Assembly (NCBI GenBank): GCA_963819655.1
Contig: CAWFXA010000002.1
Span: 544,001-608,000, forward strand
Origin: an uncultured Chloroflexia bacterium
Lineage (GTDB): Bacteria; Chloroflexota; Limnocylindria; Limnocylindrales; CSP1-4
DNA: 64,000 nt
Reading direction: 5' to 3'
Below, in pieces: positions 30,466-40,954 of the stretch (its first letter is position 1; each line of letters begins with the position of its first letter). The position numbers and the translations under genes were made by a program. Below the pieces are notes generated by a model. That model was not told the origin of the DNA. It did no database searches and saw only the letters and a list, made by a program, of their open reading frames with translations.

Positions 30466-31233
30466 GTGCGGATACCGCGCGTCATCCCGGCTCTTCTTCT
30501 GGAGAACGACGAATTCGTGAAGACGACGCGGTTCCGATCACCGCGCTACATCGGCGACCCGGTCAACACGATCGATCTCTTCAACCAGTTCGAGGTTGAT
30601 GAGATCGCCGTCCTCGACATTCGGGCAACAACCGCCGGTGTCGAGCCTCCCTATAAGCTCCTCGAAGCCCTCGCTGCCCAATGCTGGGTTCCACTGGCGT
30701 ACGGCGGCGGTATCAGGGATCTCGGGATTGCGCGTCGAGTGCTAGGCATTGGCGTCGAGAAGGTCATCCTCGGGACGATCCTTGCCGAAACGCCGGACGT
30801 GGCAGGTGAGATCGCAGCGGTGTTCGGTCGCCAGGCGGTCGTGGCCGCGGTCGATGTGCTCACGGACACTGAGCCTGTCGTGCTCGTTCGCCACGGCAGC
30901 ACGGCGGTCGGCCGAGACCCAGCGGAGTACGCGAGGCGCGTCGAGGCCGCGGGAGCAGGGGAGATCCTGCTCCAGGCTATCCATCGCGATGGCACACGGG
31001 AAGGATTCGATCTGCCGCTCATAAGGTCCGTGGCATCTGCAGTGGATATCCCCGTGATCGCTCTCGGGGGTGCGGGCAAGCGAGCCGACCTTCCTGACCC
31101 AGTCAACAACGCGGGCGCCGCCGCGGTCGCGGCCGGTAGTCTCTTTGTGTTCCAGGGACGGTCAGGCGGCGTACTCGTCAACTTCCCGTCAAGGGTCGAG
31201 CTCGAGGCGATGTTCGGCCGCAGGGACCTTTGA
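30466..31233 (+). CDS. HisF-like cyclase paralog (WbuZ/HisF2-type)
   Basis: RVIPALL, YIGDPVN, YGGGI, IHRDGT, AAGSLFVF. Confidence 0.88.
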   Translation: MRIPRVIPALLLENDEFVKTTRFRSPRYIGDPVNTIDLFNQFEVDEIAVLDIRATTAGVEPPYKLLEALAAQCWVPLAYGGGIRDLGIARRVLGIGVEKVILGTILAETPDVAGEIAAVFGRQAVVAAVDVLTDTEPVVLVRHGSTAVGRDPAEYARRVEAAGAGEILLQAIHRDGTREGFDLPLIRSVASAVDIPVIALGGAGKRADLPDPVNNAGAAAVAAGSLFVFQGRSGGVLVNFPSRVELEAMFGRRDL

Positions 31234-31309
31234 GCCATGTGCACGCAGGGCGTCCCGGCCCGACAATCGTTGCGGACCTTGTCCCTCAGCCAGTGGAGAC
31301 TCTCCGTAG

Positions 31310-32527
31310 ATGGCCCACATGACTACGGTGCGGTGCGCCCGATGCGTATACGACTCAGCCGTCCCCGGGATCACCTTCGGGCCCGACGGCGTATGCAACT
31401 ACTGCGCGACCCACGATGAGATGGATCGCCAGTACCCGACCGGCGAACGGGGCGACGCAATGCTCGCTGCCATGGCGAGCAAGATCCGAGCCGAGGGGCG
31501 TGGTAAGGAGTTCGACTGCGTCGTCGGCGTGAGTGGCGGCTGTGACTCTTCGTACCTGCTCTACCGGATGGTCGAGATGGGTCTCCGACCGCTCGCCGTC
31601 CATTTCGATAACACATGGAACTCGCCGATCGCGACGCAGAACATCTATAACGTCCTGGAGCACCTCGGGGTCGAGCTCGATACATATGTCGTCAACAATC
31701 GGGAGTACGACGACATCTATCGAGCCTTCATGTTGTCCGGCGTCAAAGACATCGAGTCCCCGACGGACATCGGCCTGACGACGGTCCTGTACCGGGCCGC
31801 GGAGAAACGCGGCATCCGGTACATCATCGAGGGCCATTCATTCCGGACCGAGGGGGTCGCCCCGCTCGGATGGATCTACATGGATGGTCGCTTCATCCAG
31901 AGCGTGCACGCCCGCCACGGGACGCTGCCGATGGATACCTTTCCGAACCTCTGGCTCAAGGACTTCTTGCGCTGGGCCACGGTGCGCAATATCAAGCGAC
32001 TTCGCCCCCTTTATTACATGGACTATCGAAAGGCCGAGGCCAAGCGGCTGCTCGAGACGTTTGGTTGGACGTGGTACGGGGGCCATCACTTGGAGAATCG
32101 GTTCACGGCGTTCTTCCACAGCTACTTCCTGCCCCGGCGATACGGGATCGACGCTCGGCAGCTCGGTCACGCGGCGCTCGTTCGGAGCGGGCAGTGGACC
32201 CGCGAGGAAGCGATCGCCGATCTGGCGACACCGATCGTGGCCGATCCGCAGATTGTGGCGCTCGTGAAGCGTCGTCTCGGCTTCACGGACGAGGAGCTGG
32301 ATGCAGCAATGGCCCTACCGCATCTCCACTACTCGGACTATCCGACATACAAGCCAACCTTCGAACGCCTGAAGCCACTCTTCTGGGCTCTCTACCGCGC
32401 GGATCGAGTGCCGAAGAGCTTCTACATGAAATTCACCAATGCGGATCCTGGTCGCCCGAATCGTCGAACCGCCCCGTTGCCGTCACCATTGCTGCATGGC
32501 TCGCCGAGTCTTCCTCGGGCTGACTGA
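31310..32527 (+). CDS. N-acetyl-sugar amidotransferase (WbuX/WbpG family)
   Basis: CARC..CNYC, DCVVGVSGGCDSS PP-loop, HFDNTWNS. Confidence 0.88.
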   Translation: MAHMTTVRCARCVYDSAVPGITFGPDGVCNYCATHDEMDRQYPTGERGDAMLAAMASKIRAEGRGKEFDCVVGVSGGCDSSYLLYRMVEMGLRPLAVHFDNTWNSPIATQNIYNVLEHLGVELDTYVVNNREYDDIYRAFMLSGVKDIESPTDIGLTTVLYRAAEKRGIRYIIEGHSFRTEGVAPLGWIYMDGRFIQSVHARHGTLPMDTFPNLWLKDFLRWATVRNIKRLRPLYYMDYRKAEAKRLLETFGWTWYGGHHLENRFTAFFHSYFLPRRYGIDARQLGHAALVRSGQWTREEAIADLATPIVADPQIVALVKRRLGFTDEELDAAMALPHLHYSDYPTYKPTFERLKPLFWALYRADRVPKSFYMKFTNADPGRPNRRTAPLPSPLLHGSPSLPRAD

Positions 32528-33780
32528 GGTCGCCGGGTACTTCGCTGGTCTCGAGCAAGGGTTTCGCACGATAGGGGTCGAGGTTCGGCTGTTCGACCTA
32601 TCGGCGCAATCCGCTCGGCGACGGCCACGGTGGCGCGAGCGAGCGTCGACCGCAGCGAGCGAAGCTTCTTCGGTTGGGAAAGGCCCGGGCCGGGACCTGG
32701 CGTCGTCGAACCTGGGACGCGCTTCTGCGTGTCAACCGCACAGCGCGCACAGTTCGCGCTTCGATGTTGCTGCCGGTCGCGCTCATTCGTTACGACACGT
32801 TCATCCTGGCGGGTGGTGGCCTCTTCGCAGATGGACGGGAGGCTCTCGCTGCTGCGTCGACTCGGCAAGGATGTGATCGTGGTCTTCCTCGGATCGGATC
32901 ACCGGCCCCCGTACCTGAACGGGATCTGGGTCCGCGACGCGATGGTCATCGGGTACGACCAGATCGCTCGGGACACCCTCACCATCCGCGACCGCGTCCG
33001 CCGTGTGGAGAGAGGATCACACCACCGTGGTCGCCCTGCCGGCTTCCGCGCAGTTTCATGACCGGCCCGTACGTCAATTTCCTGGCTATCGGCTTTCCGT
33101 TCGCGCCGCCCGATGAAGGTCATGCGCGAGCCCATAGCGCTGGAGACCGTGTGGTGGCGCTGCATTGCCCGACCAACCCAGCCTCGAAGGGAACAGCCGA
33201 GATCGGGACGCCATTGCCACGCTCCGCGCGCGCGGGCTGGACATCGACTACCGGGAGATCACGGGCGGCCTCATCAGGATGTCATCGAGGCGATCCAAGA
33301 CGCGGACTTCGTGATCGATGAGGTGTACCTGGACACCCCTATGGCAGGCTTCGCAACCGAGGCCGCGTTCTACGGACGGCCCGCAGTCGTCACCGGATAC
33401 TTCGCCCAGTCGCTCGAGCAGCTGGTTCCATCCCCGGTACCGCCGACCCTGCATGCTCGGCCCGAGGGATTGGTGCAGTCCATCGAGCTGCTGGCGTCGG
33501 ATCCCGCTTTCCGGGCCGACCTCGGTCAGCAGGCAAGGAAATTCGTGGAAACACGTGGGCTCCGTCTGACGTCGCGAAACGGCTCCTATCGCTCCTGGAT
33601 GGCTCGGCGCCAAAGCGGTGGTGGGTCGATCCCGATTCGGTGACGTACTGCCACGGTTGGGGAATGGACGAAACGCTTCTGATGTCCGGCCTCCGAGCCC
33701 TTATCGGCCAGCGGGGGTCAGGGTCCCTTGCCATGGATCATCGGCCTCTCACGAAGCGGCGACTGGAAGCGATGACGGAA
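32496..33780 (+). CDS. Glycosyltransferase-like protein, multiply frameshifted
   Basis: MARRVFLGLTEVAGY, FLGSDHRPPY, HCPTNPASKGT, DFVIDEVYLDTPMAGFATEAA. Confidence 0.6.
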
Positions 33781-33791
33781 GGGTCGCCGAC

Positions 33792-34890
33792 GTGACGCGC
33801 CGATCGATCCCGCTGGCCCGACCGTCGTTCGGTTCCGCGGAGCTCGAGGCCGTCCAGGCGACGCTTGACTCTGGGTGGGTCGTCCAGGGGCCACGCGTCG
33901 CCGCATTCGAGCAGTCCTTCGCCGCGATGGTCGGGACCGAGCACGCGATCGCCATGAGCTCGTGTACGACGGCGCTTCATGCCAGTGTCCTGGCCATGGG
34001 GGCCGGTCCCGGCGATGAGATCATCGTGCCGGCGTTCACGTGGGTCGCCACGGCGAATGCCGTGGAGCAGACGGGCGCGAAACCTGTGTTCGCTGATATC
34101 AGGCTCGATACCTTCAACGTCGACGAGGCCGCGTTGCGGAGACTGATCACCCCGCGGACAGTCGGCCTCCTGCCCGTCCATCTCTTCGGTCTCCCGGCCG
34201 ATCTCGATCCGATCCTTGACATCGCGACTCAGCATCGACTTTGGGTCATCGAGGATGCTGCCTGTGGGCTCGGCGCGGACCTTCGAGGACGGCACGTCGG
34301 GACTGCCGGGCAGATCGGCTGCTTCAGCTTCATCCTCGCAAGTCGATCACGACCGGCGAGGGCGGGATGGCCGTCACGGACGACGGCGGGCTCGCAGACA
34401 TCCTGCGCTCACTGCGCGATCACGGCGCAGAGGCCGCGGGTGTTTCGGATCTGCTTCCCTCGGCCATCATGCCGTCGTTTCCCCGCCTTGGTTTCAACTA
34501 CCGGATGACAGACATCCAGGGGGCCATCGGCTCGGTCCAACTCGGGCGTGCGAGTGGCTTCATCGAGGAGCGGATCCGCATCGCTCGTCGATACGACGAG
34601 GGTCTCGGCGATCTCGCTTGGCTTCGGACTCGATCGTTCCGCAGGGCTATAGGCACGCCTACCAGTCATATGTCCTCCTGGTGACCATCGGTGAGGACGA
34701 TCCCCCGATGGAACGAGCGGCCAAGGTCCGTGACGGATTCGATGTCGTGCCTCGAGCAGGCCGGCATCGGTTCACGGCCGGGGACCCACCACCACCACTG
34801 CACGATGCTCCAATCGCGAGCGTTACGGTATCGGCCGGAACACCACCCGCATGCTGGTGGTGGCCGAGCGATCGAGCGTGGCCGCTGAGA
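33792..34890 (+). CDS. DegT/DnrJ sugar aminotransferase, frameshifted
   Basis: SGWVVQGP, SSCTTALH, EDAACGLG, HPRKSITTGEGG, GFNYRMTD. Confidence 0.82.
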
Positions 34891-34899
34891 TCCGGGGCT

Positions 34900-35780
34900 C
34901 TCCGAGGAGGACATCATCATGATCGGGACGATCGCGGGATCGACCTGGTTGTGGCAGGTACTGACGTGATCTCGGCTGAGACCGTCTCGTCGTTGGGTCG
35001 AAGGCGATCGGCTTGCAGTCCAGGGACTGTTCCGCGCGCGGAAGCTGCTTGAGGATGATTACCTGGATGATCTACGGAACTGCGCAGCAGGCTGCCGCCC
35101 TGCGCGCCATCGGGGTACGGTCGTGACGGTACTGAAAGGAGGACAGATCGAGGTGGACGTCTCGCGTCAAGGCGGACGCCGTCGTGGTCGCCGGTCGGCA
35201 CTGGTTGATGGGGTCGAAGCAATTGCGCGCCGACCGCACATCGGGATCGATCACTGTAGCTGCTTCGCTGTATCGAGGCGGTCACCGCTGTCCGGCTCCT
35301 CATACGGGTGATACCGCGTCGTGGAGAAAGCTGTCGACGTTGACCGATGAGATCGACGCGGAGAAGATCTGGGCACAGGGCGAGATCGACGTCGGCGACG
35401 AGCTCTCGTACATCGACCACGTCTCGAGCGATGCGACGGCCCCGCCGGTGACCTTCTGCCAGGCCTCGATCCACTGACGAGGATCGCCCCAGGATCGAGT
35501 CCGTGGCAACTTGGTGCGCTCCGCGGCGTCCCAGAGGACGGGCAGATCGATTGGACGAGTCCGGCCGAGGAGATCGTTCGATCCGTGCGTGCGCAATCGC
35601 GACCGTACCCGGGAGCGTTCATGGACCACGAAACGGTACTTGATCATGTATCTGGCGAGCGCGCCGCTGACCCGCCAATACTTCGGTAGACCCGGAGGTC
35701 TTGTTCGACTTGACGGGGCAGGTCTTCGGCGTCCGGCGGCGATGATCATCTCGTTGTCGTCGAGGAGTCAAGCGAGCCGA
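34900..35780 (+). pseudogene. Formyltransferase-like remnant (degraded or poorly assembled)
   Basis: Fragments DAVVVAG, DEIDA..IWAQ and PAEEIVRSVRAQSRPYPGAF resemble the Fmt/ArnA formyltransferase C-domain; no continuous ORF. Confidence 0.5.
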
Positions 35781-35892
35781 TCCGCCCAGGTCTCGGTGTT
35801 TCTGATCACACGCCTGACGCGACATCCGAAGGTCGCGACAAGTACCTTCGGTGCATCCGAGCACCGCGCACGCACCGCGTAGACTGCCCCAG

Positions 35893-37057
35893 ATGTCCAG
35901 CCCGACGCTGACCGCAGCCGCGCCCGTCCCGTTCTCGCAGCGGTGGCGCTCGGGTCTCCGGGTGCTGGCCGATGATCTCCGGTTGGACGCGGGGCTGATC
36001 GCGATCTTCGCTGCGTCACGGTTCCTGATCGTCGTTGCCGCGGTCGTTGCGGAGACACTCATCCCGCGTAATCCGGGGCTCAACCCCGGTGCCGATGGGC
36101 CGATCATCCGCAGCCTGACGAGCTGGGACGGGTGGTATTACCTCGGGATCGTTTCCGGCGGCTACCAGGCCGATCCCGTGGCCGGCGCCTACTCGAATGT
36201 CGCCTTCCCGCCGCTCTACCCGGCGCTCGTGAAGGTCCTGTCCTTGCCGTTCCCGGCGTTCGCGGGCGTCGTCGCGGTCGTCGTGTCGAACGTCGCGTTC
36301 CTCCTGGCCCTGGCTCTCCTCGTTCGCCTCGGCACGCCTTACATCGGTCGCCGGCGCGCGACTGTGGCTGCGGGTCTCCTCGTGATCTACCCGTTCGCGT
36401 CGGCATTCGCGATGGCCTACACCGAGAGTCTGTTCCTCCTGCTGATGGTCGCGTCGTTCCTCGCGGTCGAGCGCGGCCATCGCGCGTGGGCCGGTGTGTT
36501 CTTCGCGCTGACCGTGCTGTGCCGTATCCAGGGGCTCGCCCTGATCCTGCCTCTGGCGATCCTGATGCTGCGCCGGGACGGCTGGCACCCGAAGGCGTCT
36601 CTGGGCTGGCTGCTGCTCGGGCCGCTCGCGGCCGCGGTCTTCCTGGCGTACATCGCGACCGTGACGGGCAGTTCGACCGCGTTCCTCGATGCCCAGCAGG
36701 CGTGGGGTCGCGAGGGGCTGGGCGGCGCCGCGCCCGACGAAGACCCTCGGTGCGGCGTTCAGTCCGTACCTCGGCGCCCTCCTCATCACGTTGCTCGCGA
36801 CGGTGTTCCTGCTGGTCTTCGTGCGTGCCGACCGGATCCCGGTCGAGTACGCCCTCGTGCCGGTCCTGTTCATCGCCGCGGAACTGTCGAGCGGGTCGCT
36901 CGAGGCCGTCGGCCGGATCACGATGGCCGGCTTCCCGCTTGTGTGGATCCTCGCGAACCGTCGCTCGATCCTGGCACGCCGGACGTGGCCGCTGATCTCC
37001 GTCGGACTGTTCGTGATCGTCGCAGTGCTCTCATTCGGCGGGTACTGGGTGCCGTGA
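35893..37057 (+). CDS. PIG-V-like (GT-C) mannosyltransferase, frameshift near 36730
   Basis: SWDGWYYLGI..GY, AFPPLYP, AYTESLFL, AQQAWGR. Confidence 0.82.
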
Positions 37058-37851
37058 CCAGCGGACTGACCCTCGTTCTGCCCGCGTTCAACGAGTCCGA
37101 GCGGATCGATCCGGCACTCGACGAGCTGTTCGGCTATCTCGGTCGGCGCGAGGGTCGGGGACGGGACGGCGCACTCGGCGCGTCGGCGCTCCCGGAATCG
37201 ATCGACGTCCTCGTCGTCGACGACGGGAGCTCCGACGACACCGCGGCGCGGGTCGAGGCGCGACCGGAGGCATCGGGCGCGGTGCCCGGTGTCACGCTGC
37301 ATCTGCTGCGCGTGCCGCACGGCGGGAAGGGCGCGGCGGTGCGGGCCGGCATGCTGGCCGCGGCCGGCGACCTGGTCATCTTCGCCGATGCGGACATGGC
37401 CACCCCGCCCGACCAGATCCCAGTCCTCGTCGGGGCGCTCGCGGACCACGACGTCGCGCTCGGGTCGCGGATCCAGGCGGACGGCTCCGACATGCGGGCG
37501 ACGCAGCCCGGCTATCGCCGCCTTCTCGGCAAGGCGTTCCACCTCCTGGCGTCGGTGTGGGTGGTCGGCCCGGTCCAGGACACCCAGTGCGGGTTCAAGG
37601 GGTTCACCCGGGCCGCCGCCCAGGACCTGTTCGAGCGTCAACGCATCACGAGCATCGTGTTCGATGTCGAGGTGATCTACCTCGCCCGCCGTCGCGGCTA
37701 CCGGCTTGCGATCGTCCCGATCCGCTGGTTCGACAAGCGCGGGTCGCGCATGCGTGCCCGTCCCGGGCTGGCGCTGCGAGTCGCCTGGGACCTGTTCCGC
37801 ATCCCGCTCATGCACCGAGGGAGCCGCCGCAGCGCCACCGAAAGGGCGTGA
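37054..37851 (+). CDS. GT2 polyprenyl-phosphate glycosyltransferase (DPM1/ALG5-like)
   Basis: LVLPAFNE, VDDGSSD, GKGAAVRAG, FADADMATPP, DTQCGFKGF, FDVE. Confidence 0.88.
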   Translation: MTSGLTLVLPAFNESERIDPALDELFGYLGRREGRGRDGALGASALPESIDVLVVDDGSSDDTAARVEARPEASGAVPGVTLHLLRVPHGGKGAAVRAGMLAAAGDLVIFADADMATPPDQIPVLVGALADHDVALGSRIQADGSDMRATQPGYRRLLGKAFHLLASVWVVGPVQDTQCGFKGFTRAAAQDLFERQRITSIVFDVEVIYLARRRGYRLAIVPIRWFDKRGSRMRARPGLALRVAWDLFRIPLMHRGSRRSATERA

Positions 37852-38951
37852 TGGACCGTCAGGCTGTCTCGGGATTCGCGCGCGCGGCGCTCCCGGTCGT
37901 CGCGATCCTGTCGTTCGTTACGGGCCTCGGCGCGACGCTGGCGTTCGCGGGCGACACGCTCGGGTTCGACTTCCTCGCGTATCACCAGGCTGCCGTCCGG
38001 CTCCTCGACGGCCAGCCGCTCTACGACATGTCGTTCACGCAGACCGGTGGGTTCGGTCTCTTCTACTACCCACCAACGTTCGCCCCGTTGCTCGTGCCGT
38101 TCGGCGCGCTCGCGGCTGGGACCGCGACGTGGCTCTGGATCGCGATCTCGGTCGCGTTCTTCCTGGTCGGCGTCGCGGTCCTGCCGGTGTCGCGGACCGT
38201 GCGCTGGTGGATCGTGTTCCTCGCGGGCTGGTCGTTCCCGTTCGTCTACGCCGTCAAGCTCGGACAGGTCGGCCCGATCCTCTTCGGGCTCCTCGCACTG
38301 GGCTGGCGCTGGTTCGACCGACCGGCCTGGCTCGGCATCACCGGTGCCCTTGGGGCGGCGATCAAGATCCAGCCGGGTCTCGTCCTGGTGTGGGCCGTGC
38401 TGACCGGTCGCTGGCGGGCGGCGGCGATCGGAGCCGTCACGCTCGTCGTGCTGGCAGTCTTCGCCACGCTCCTCGCGGGGGTCGGGGCATGGAGCGATTT
38501 CCTGACGCTCCTTCGGACCGTCAGCGATCCGATCACGACGGAGCACAACTTCACGCCGGGCGCCGTGGCGTTCCAGCTGGGCGTGCCGGCCGAGGCTGCG
38601 GCGCTGATCCAACTCGCAAGCACGGTCGCCGTCGTCGTGATCCTGATCGCAGCCGTGCGGTTCGCGACGGACGAGGCGTCCTACCTGATGACCGTCGTCG
38701 CGAGCCAGCTCGTCTCGCCGATCCTGTGGGATCACTACGCGATGCTCCTTCTCCTTCCGGTCGCGTTCCTCCTGTCGGCCGGCCGCTGGTGGGCGGCGCT
38801 CATCCCGCTCGCGACGGCGTGGCCACTGGTCGGGCTCACGCCACCGGTGATCTATCCGATCGCGTTCTGGGTGACGCTGATCGTGACGTTCCTCGTGGGG
38901 CATGCGGCCAAGGACCCGCACACCAGCGTTGGTGAGCGGTGGGCGGCATGA
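37851..38951 (+). CDS. GT87/DUF2029 membrane glycosyltransferase
   Basis: DFLAYHQAA, FYYPP, LGQV, IKIQP, SPILWDHY. Confidence 0.82.
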   Translation: MDRQAVSGFARAALPVVAILSFVTGLGATLAFAGDTLGFDFLAYHQAAVRLLDGQPLYDMSFTQTGGFGLFYYPPTFAPLLVPFGALAAGTATWLWIAISVAFFLVGVAVLPVSRTVRWWIVFLAGWSFPFVYAVKLGQVGPILFGLLALGWRWFDRPAWLGITGALGAAIKIQPGLVLVWAVLTGRWRAAAIGAVTLVVLAVFATLLAGVGAWSDFLTLLRTVSDPITTEHNFTPGAVAFQLGVPAEAAALIQLASTVAVVVILIAAVRFATDEASYLMTVVASQLVSPILWDHYAMLLLLPVAFLLSAGRWWAALIPLATAWPLVGLTPPVIYPIAFWVTLIVTFLVGHAAKDPHTSVGERWAA

Positions 38952-40183
38952 CTGCACGACTCGATCGGGCGACGTGGGTCGGGTTCGCGGTCGTCGCCTT
39001 CAGCGCCGTCGTGTACTGGCTCGCGAACCGGGCCTTCGATGCGCAGCGCGGCGACTTCTTCTACCTCGCCGACGCATTCCTGCATGGGCGGACCTGGCTG
39101 ACGGTGCAGCTGGGTCCGGCTGACGTGATCCCGGTCGACGGACGCTTCTACGTGCCCTTCGCCCCGTTCCCCGCGATCGTCTTCATGCCACTCGTGCTGT
39201 TCACTGGGCCGATCCGTGCCGACCAGCTCGAGTCGGGGATCAACGCGGTCCTCGCCGCCATGTCCGTCGGGATGTGCTGGTGGGCTCTGGGCCGGACCGG
39301 TGTCGCTCGGCTGTCGGACAGGGCATGGCTGACCGCCCTGTTCGGGTTCTCGACCCAGATCCTGTGGGTCACCACCCGCGGCGGGGTGTGGCATACGGGC
39401 CACCTCATCGCCACGATCCTGACGTTCGCCTGCCTGGTCGAGCTGTTCGGACGTCGCCGGGCGTGGCTCGTCGGCCTGTTCGCGGGGGCGGCGTTCCTGA
39501 CGCGCGCGCCGCTCGCCTTCGCGGTCCCCTTTTACGCGTTGCTGCTCCACCCGACGGTCGACGAGCAGTCGCTCACGGGGGTGCGCGGCGAGGCGGGCGC
39601 CTACATCGTGCGGGCCAGGGATGCGATCCCGTGGCGGCAGTGGTTCGAGCTTGGCCTCGGCGTGGCACCCGCGGTCCTCTTCTTCTTCGCGTACAACCAG
39701 CTTCGATTCGGCACGCCGCTCGAGTCGGGCTACGCGCTGGCCACGTTGCCCGGCTGGCTCGAGCGACAGCGCGAGATCGGCCTGTTCTCGCTCGCCCACG
39801 TGCCGATGAACATCGACTACTTCCTGCTCCATCTGCCGCGAGTCCTGCCGAGCTGGCCGTTCATCCAGCCCGACGGACTCGGGATGTCTGTCCTCCTCAC
39901 GAGCCCGGGGCTCCTTTTCGCGCTCCGCGCGGACTGGCGTCAGTCGCGGACCTGGTGGCTCGCCGGGGCGGCGATCGCCGTCCTGGTCCCGACGCTCCTC
40001 TACTACGGCGGCGGGTGGCTCCAGTACGGCTATCGCTATTTCCTCGACTCGGTGCCGTTCGTCATCGCGCTCTGCGGCCTGGCCGCCGCCGAGCGGGAGG
40101 GCATCGGTTGGGGCTGGAAGGCGCTGATCGTGTTCGGTGTCGCCGTGATGGGGATCGGCGTGTACTGGGCGTACAACCTGTGA
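38948..40183 (+). CDS. Multi-TM GT-C-like protein
   Basis: YLADAFLHG, YVPFAPFP, YNQLRFGTPLESGY, GYRYFLD. Confidence 0.7.
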   Translation: MTARLDRATWVGFAVVAFSAVVYWLANRAFDAQRGDFFYLADAFLHGRTWLTVQLGPADVIPVDGRFYVPFAPFPAIVFMPLVLFTGPIRADQLESGINAVLAAMSVGMCWWALGRTGVARLSDRAWLTALFGFSTQILWVTTRGGVWHTGHLIATILTFACLVELFGRRRAWLVGLFAGAAFLTRAPLAFAVPFYALLLHPTVDEQSLTGVRGEAGAYIVRARDAIPWRQWFELGLGVAPAVLFFFAYNQLRFGTPLESGYALATLPGWLERQREIGLFSLAHVPMNIDYFLLHLPRVLPSWPFIQPDGLGMSVLLTSPGLLFALRADWRQSRTWWLAGAAIAVLVPTLLYYGGGWLQYGYRYFLDSVPFVIALCGLAAAEREGIGWGWKALIVFGVAVMGIGVYWAYNL

Positions 40184-40954
40184 TCGGTCCGCGCGCTCGT
40201 CGGCTGGTGCTGGTCGCGCTCGTCGCGGTCCTGTGCGCGGTCCTGGCGATCGAGACGATCCAGCTGTATTTCATCATCGACGGCCAGTCGGCGATCGGGA
40301 CCGATCTCGACTACTACCGGTTCGTGGCCGAGCGGTTCGTGACCACGGGCGTCTACTACACGGATGAGCAGCTGGCTGGTCCGTATGTCGTCCAGACCCA
40401 GGTCCACAACCTGTATCCGCCGCACGCGCTCTACCTCTTCGTGCCGTTCCTCTACTTGCCGGACATCCTCTGGTGGGTCGTGCCGCTGGCGTTCCTGGCC
40501 TATGTGATCTGGTGGTGCCGGCCGATCCCTTGGGCCTGGCCGGTCCTCCTGTTCCTCCTCGCGCTGCCGAAGGGTCCGGCCCAGGTCCTGTTCGGCAACA
40601 CCGACATGTGGATCGCCGCGTTCGTGGCAGGGGCGGTGCGCTGGGCATGGCCGGGCGTGCTGGTGTCGATCAAGCCATCGCTCTCGCTCTTCGGCTTCCC
40701 GGGCGTGCTGTCGCGTGCCTGGTGGCTCGGGGCGGCGGCGTTGGTCCTCGTCAGCCTCCCGCTGTGGACGTACTGGCTGCCAGTACCCCGTGATCACCCA
40801 GAATTCGAGCGCGCAACTGTCGTACTCGTTCGGAAATTTCCCGTTCTTCGTCGTGCCGATCGCCGCGTGGATGGGCTCGTCGCGTCGCGGCGACATGCCC
40901 GTCAGCCGGTGGTTCCTGGCGCTGCTCGGGCGCGGGAAGCCCGATCAGAGCTGA
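40180..40954 (+). CDS. Short GT87-like membrane protein, frameshift near 40780
   Basis: IGTDLDYY, LYPP, FGNTDMW, SIKP. Confidence 0.6.

Noticed and set aside
29845-31233. hisH/hisF as histidine biosynthesis genes
   Set aside because: They are flanked by wzx and an N-acetyl-sugar amidotransferase with no other his genes, which fits the glycan-modifying paralogs.
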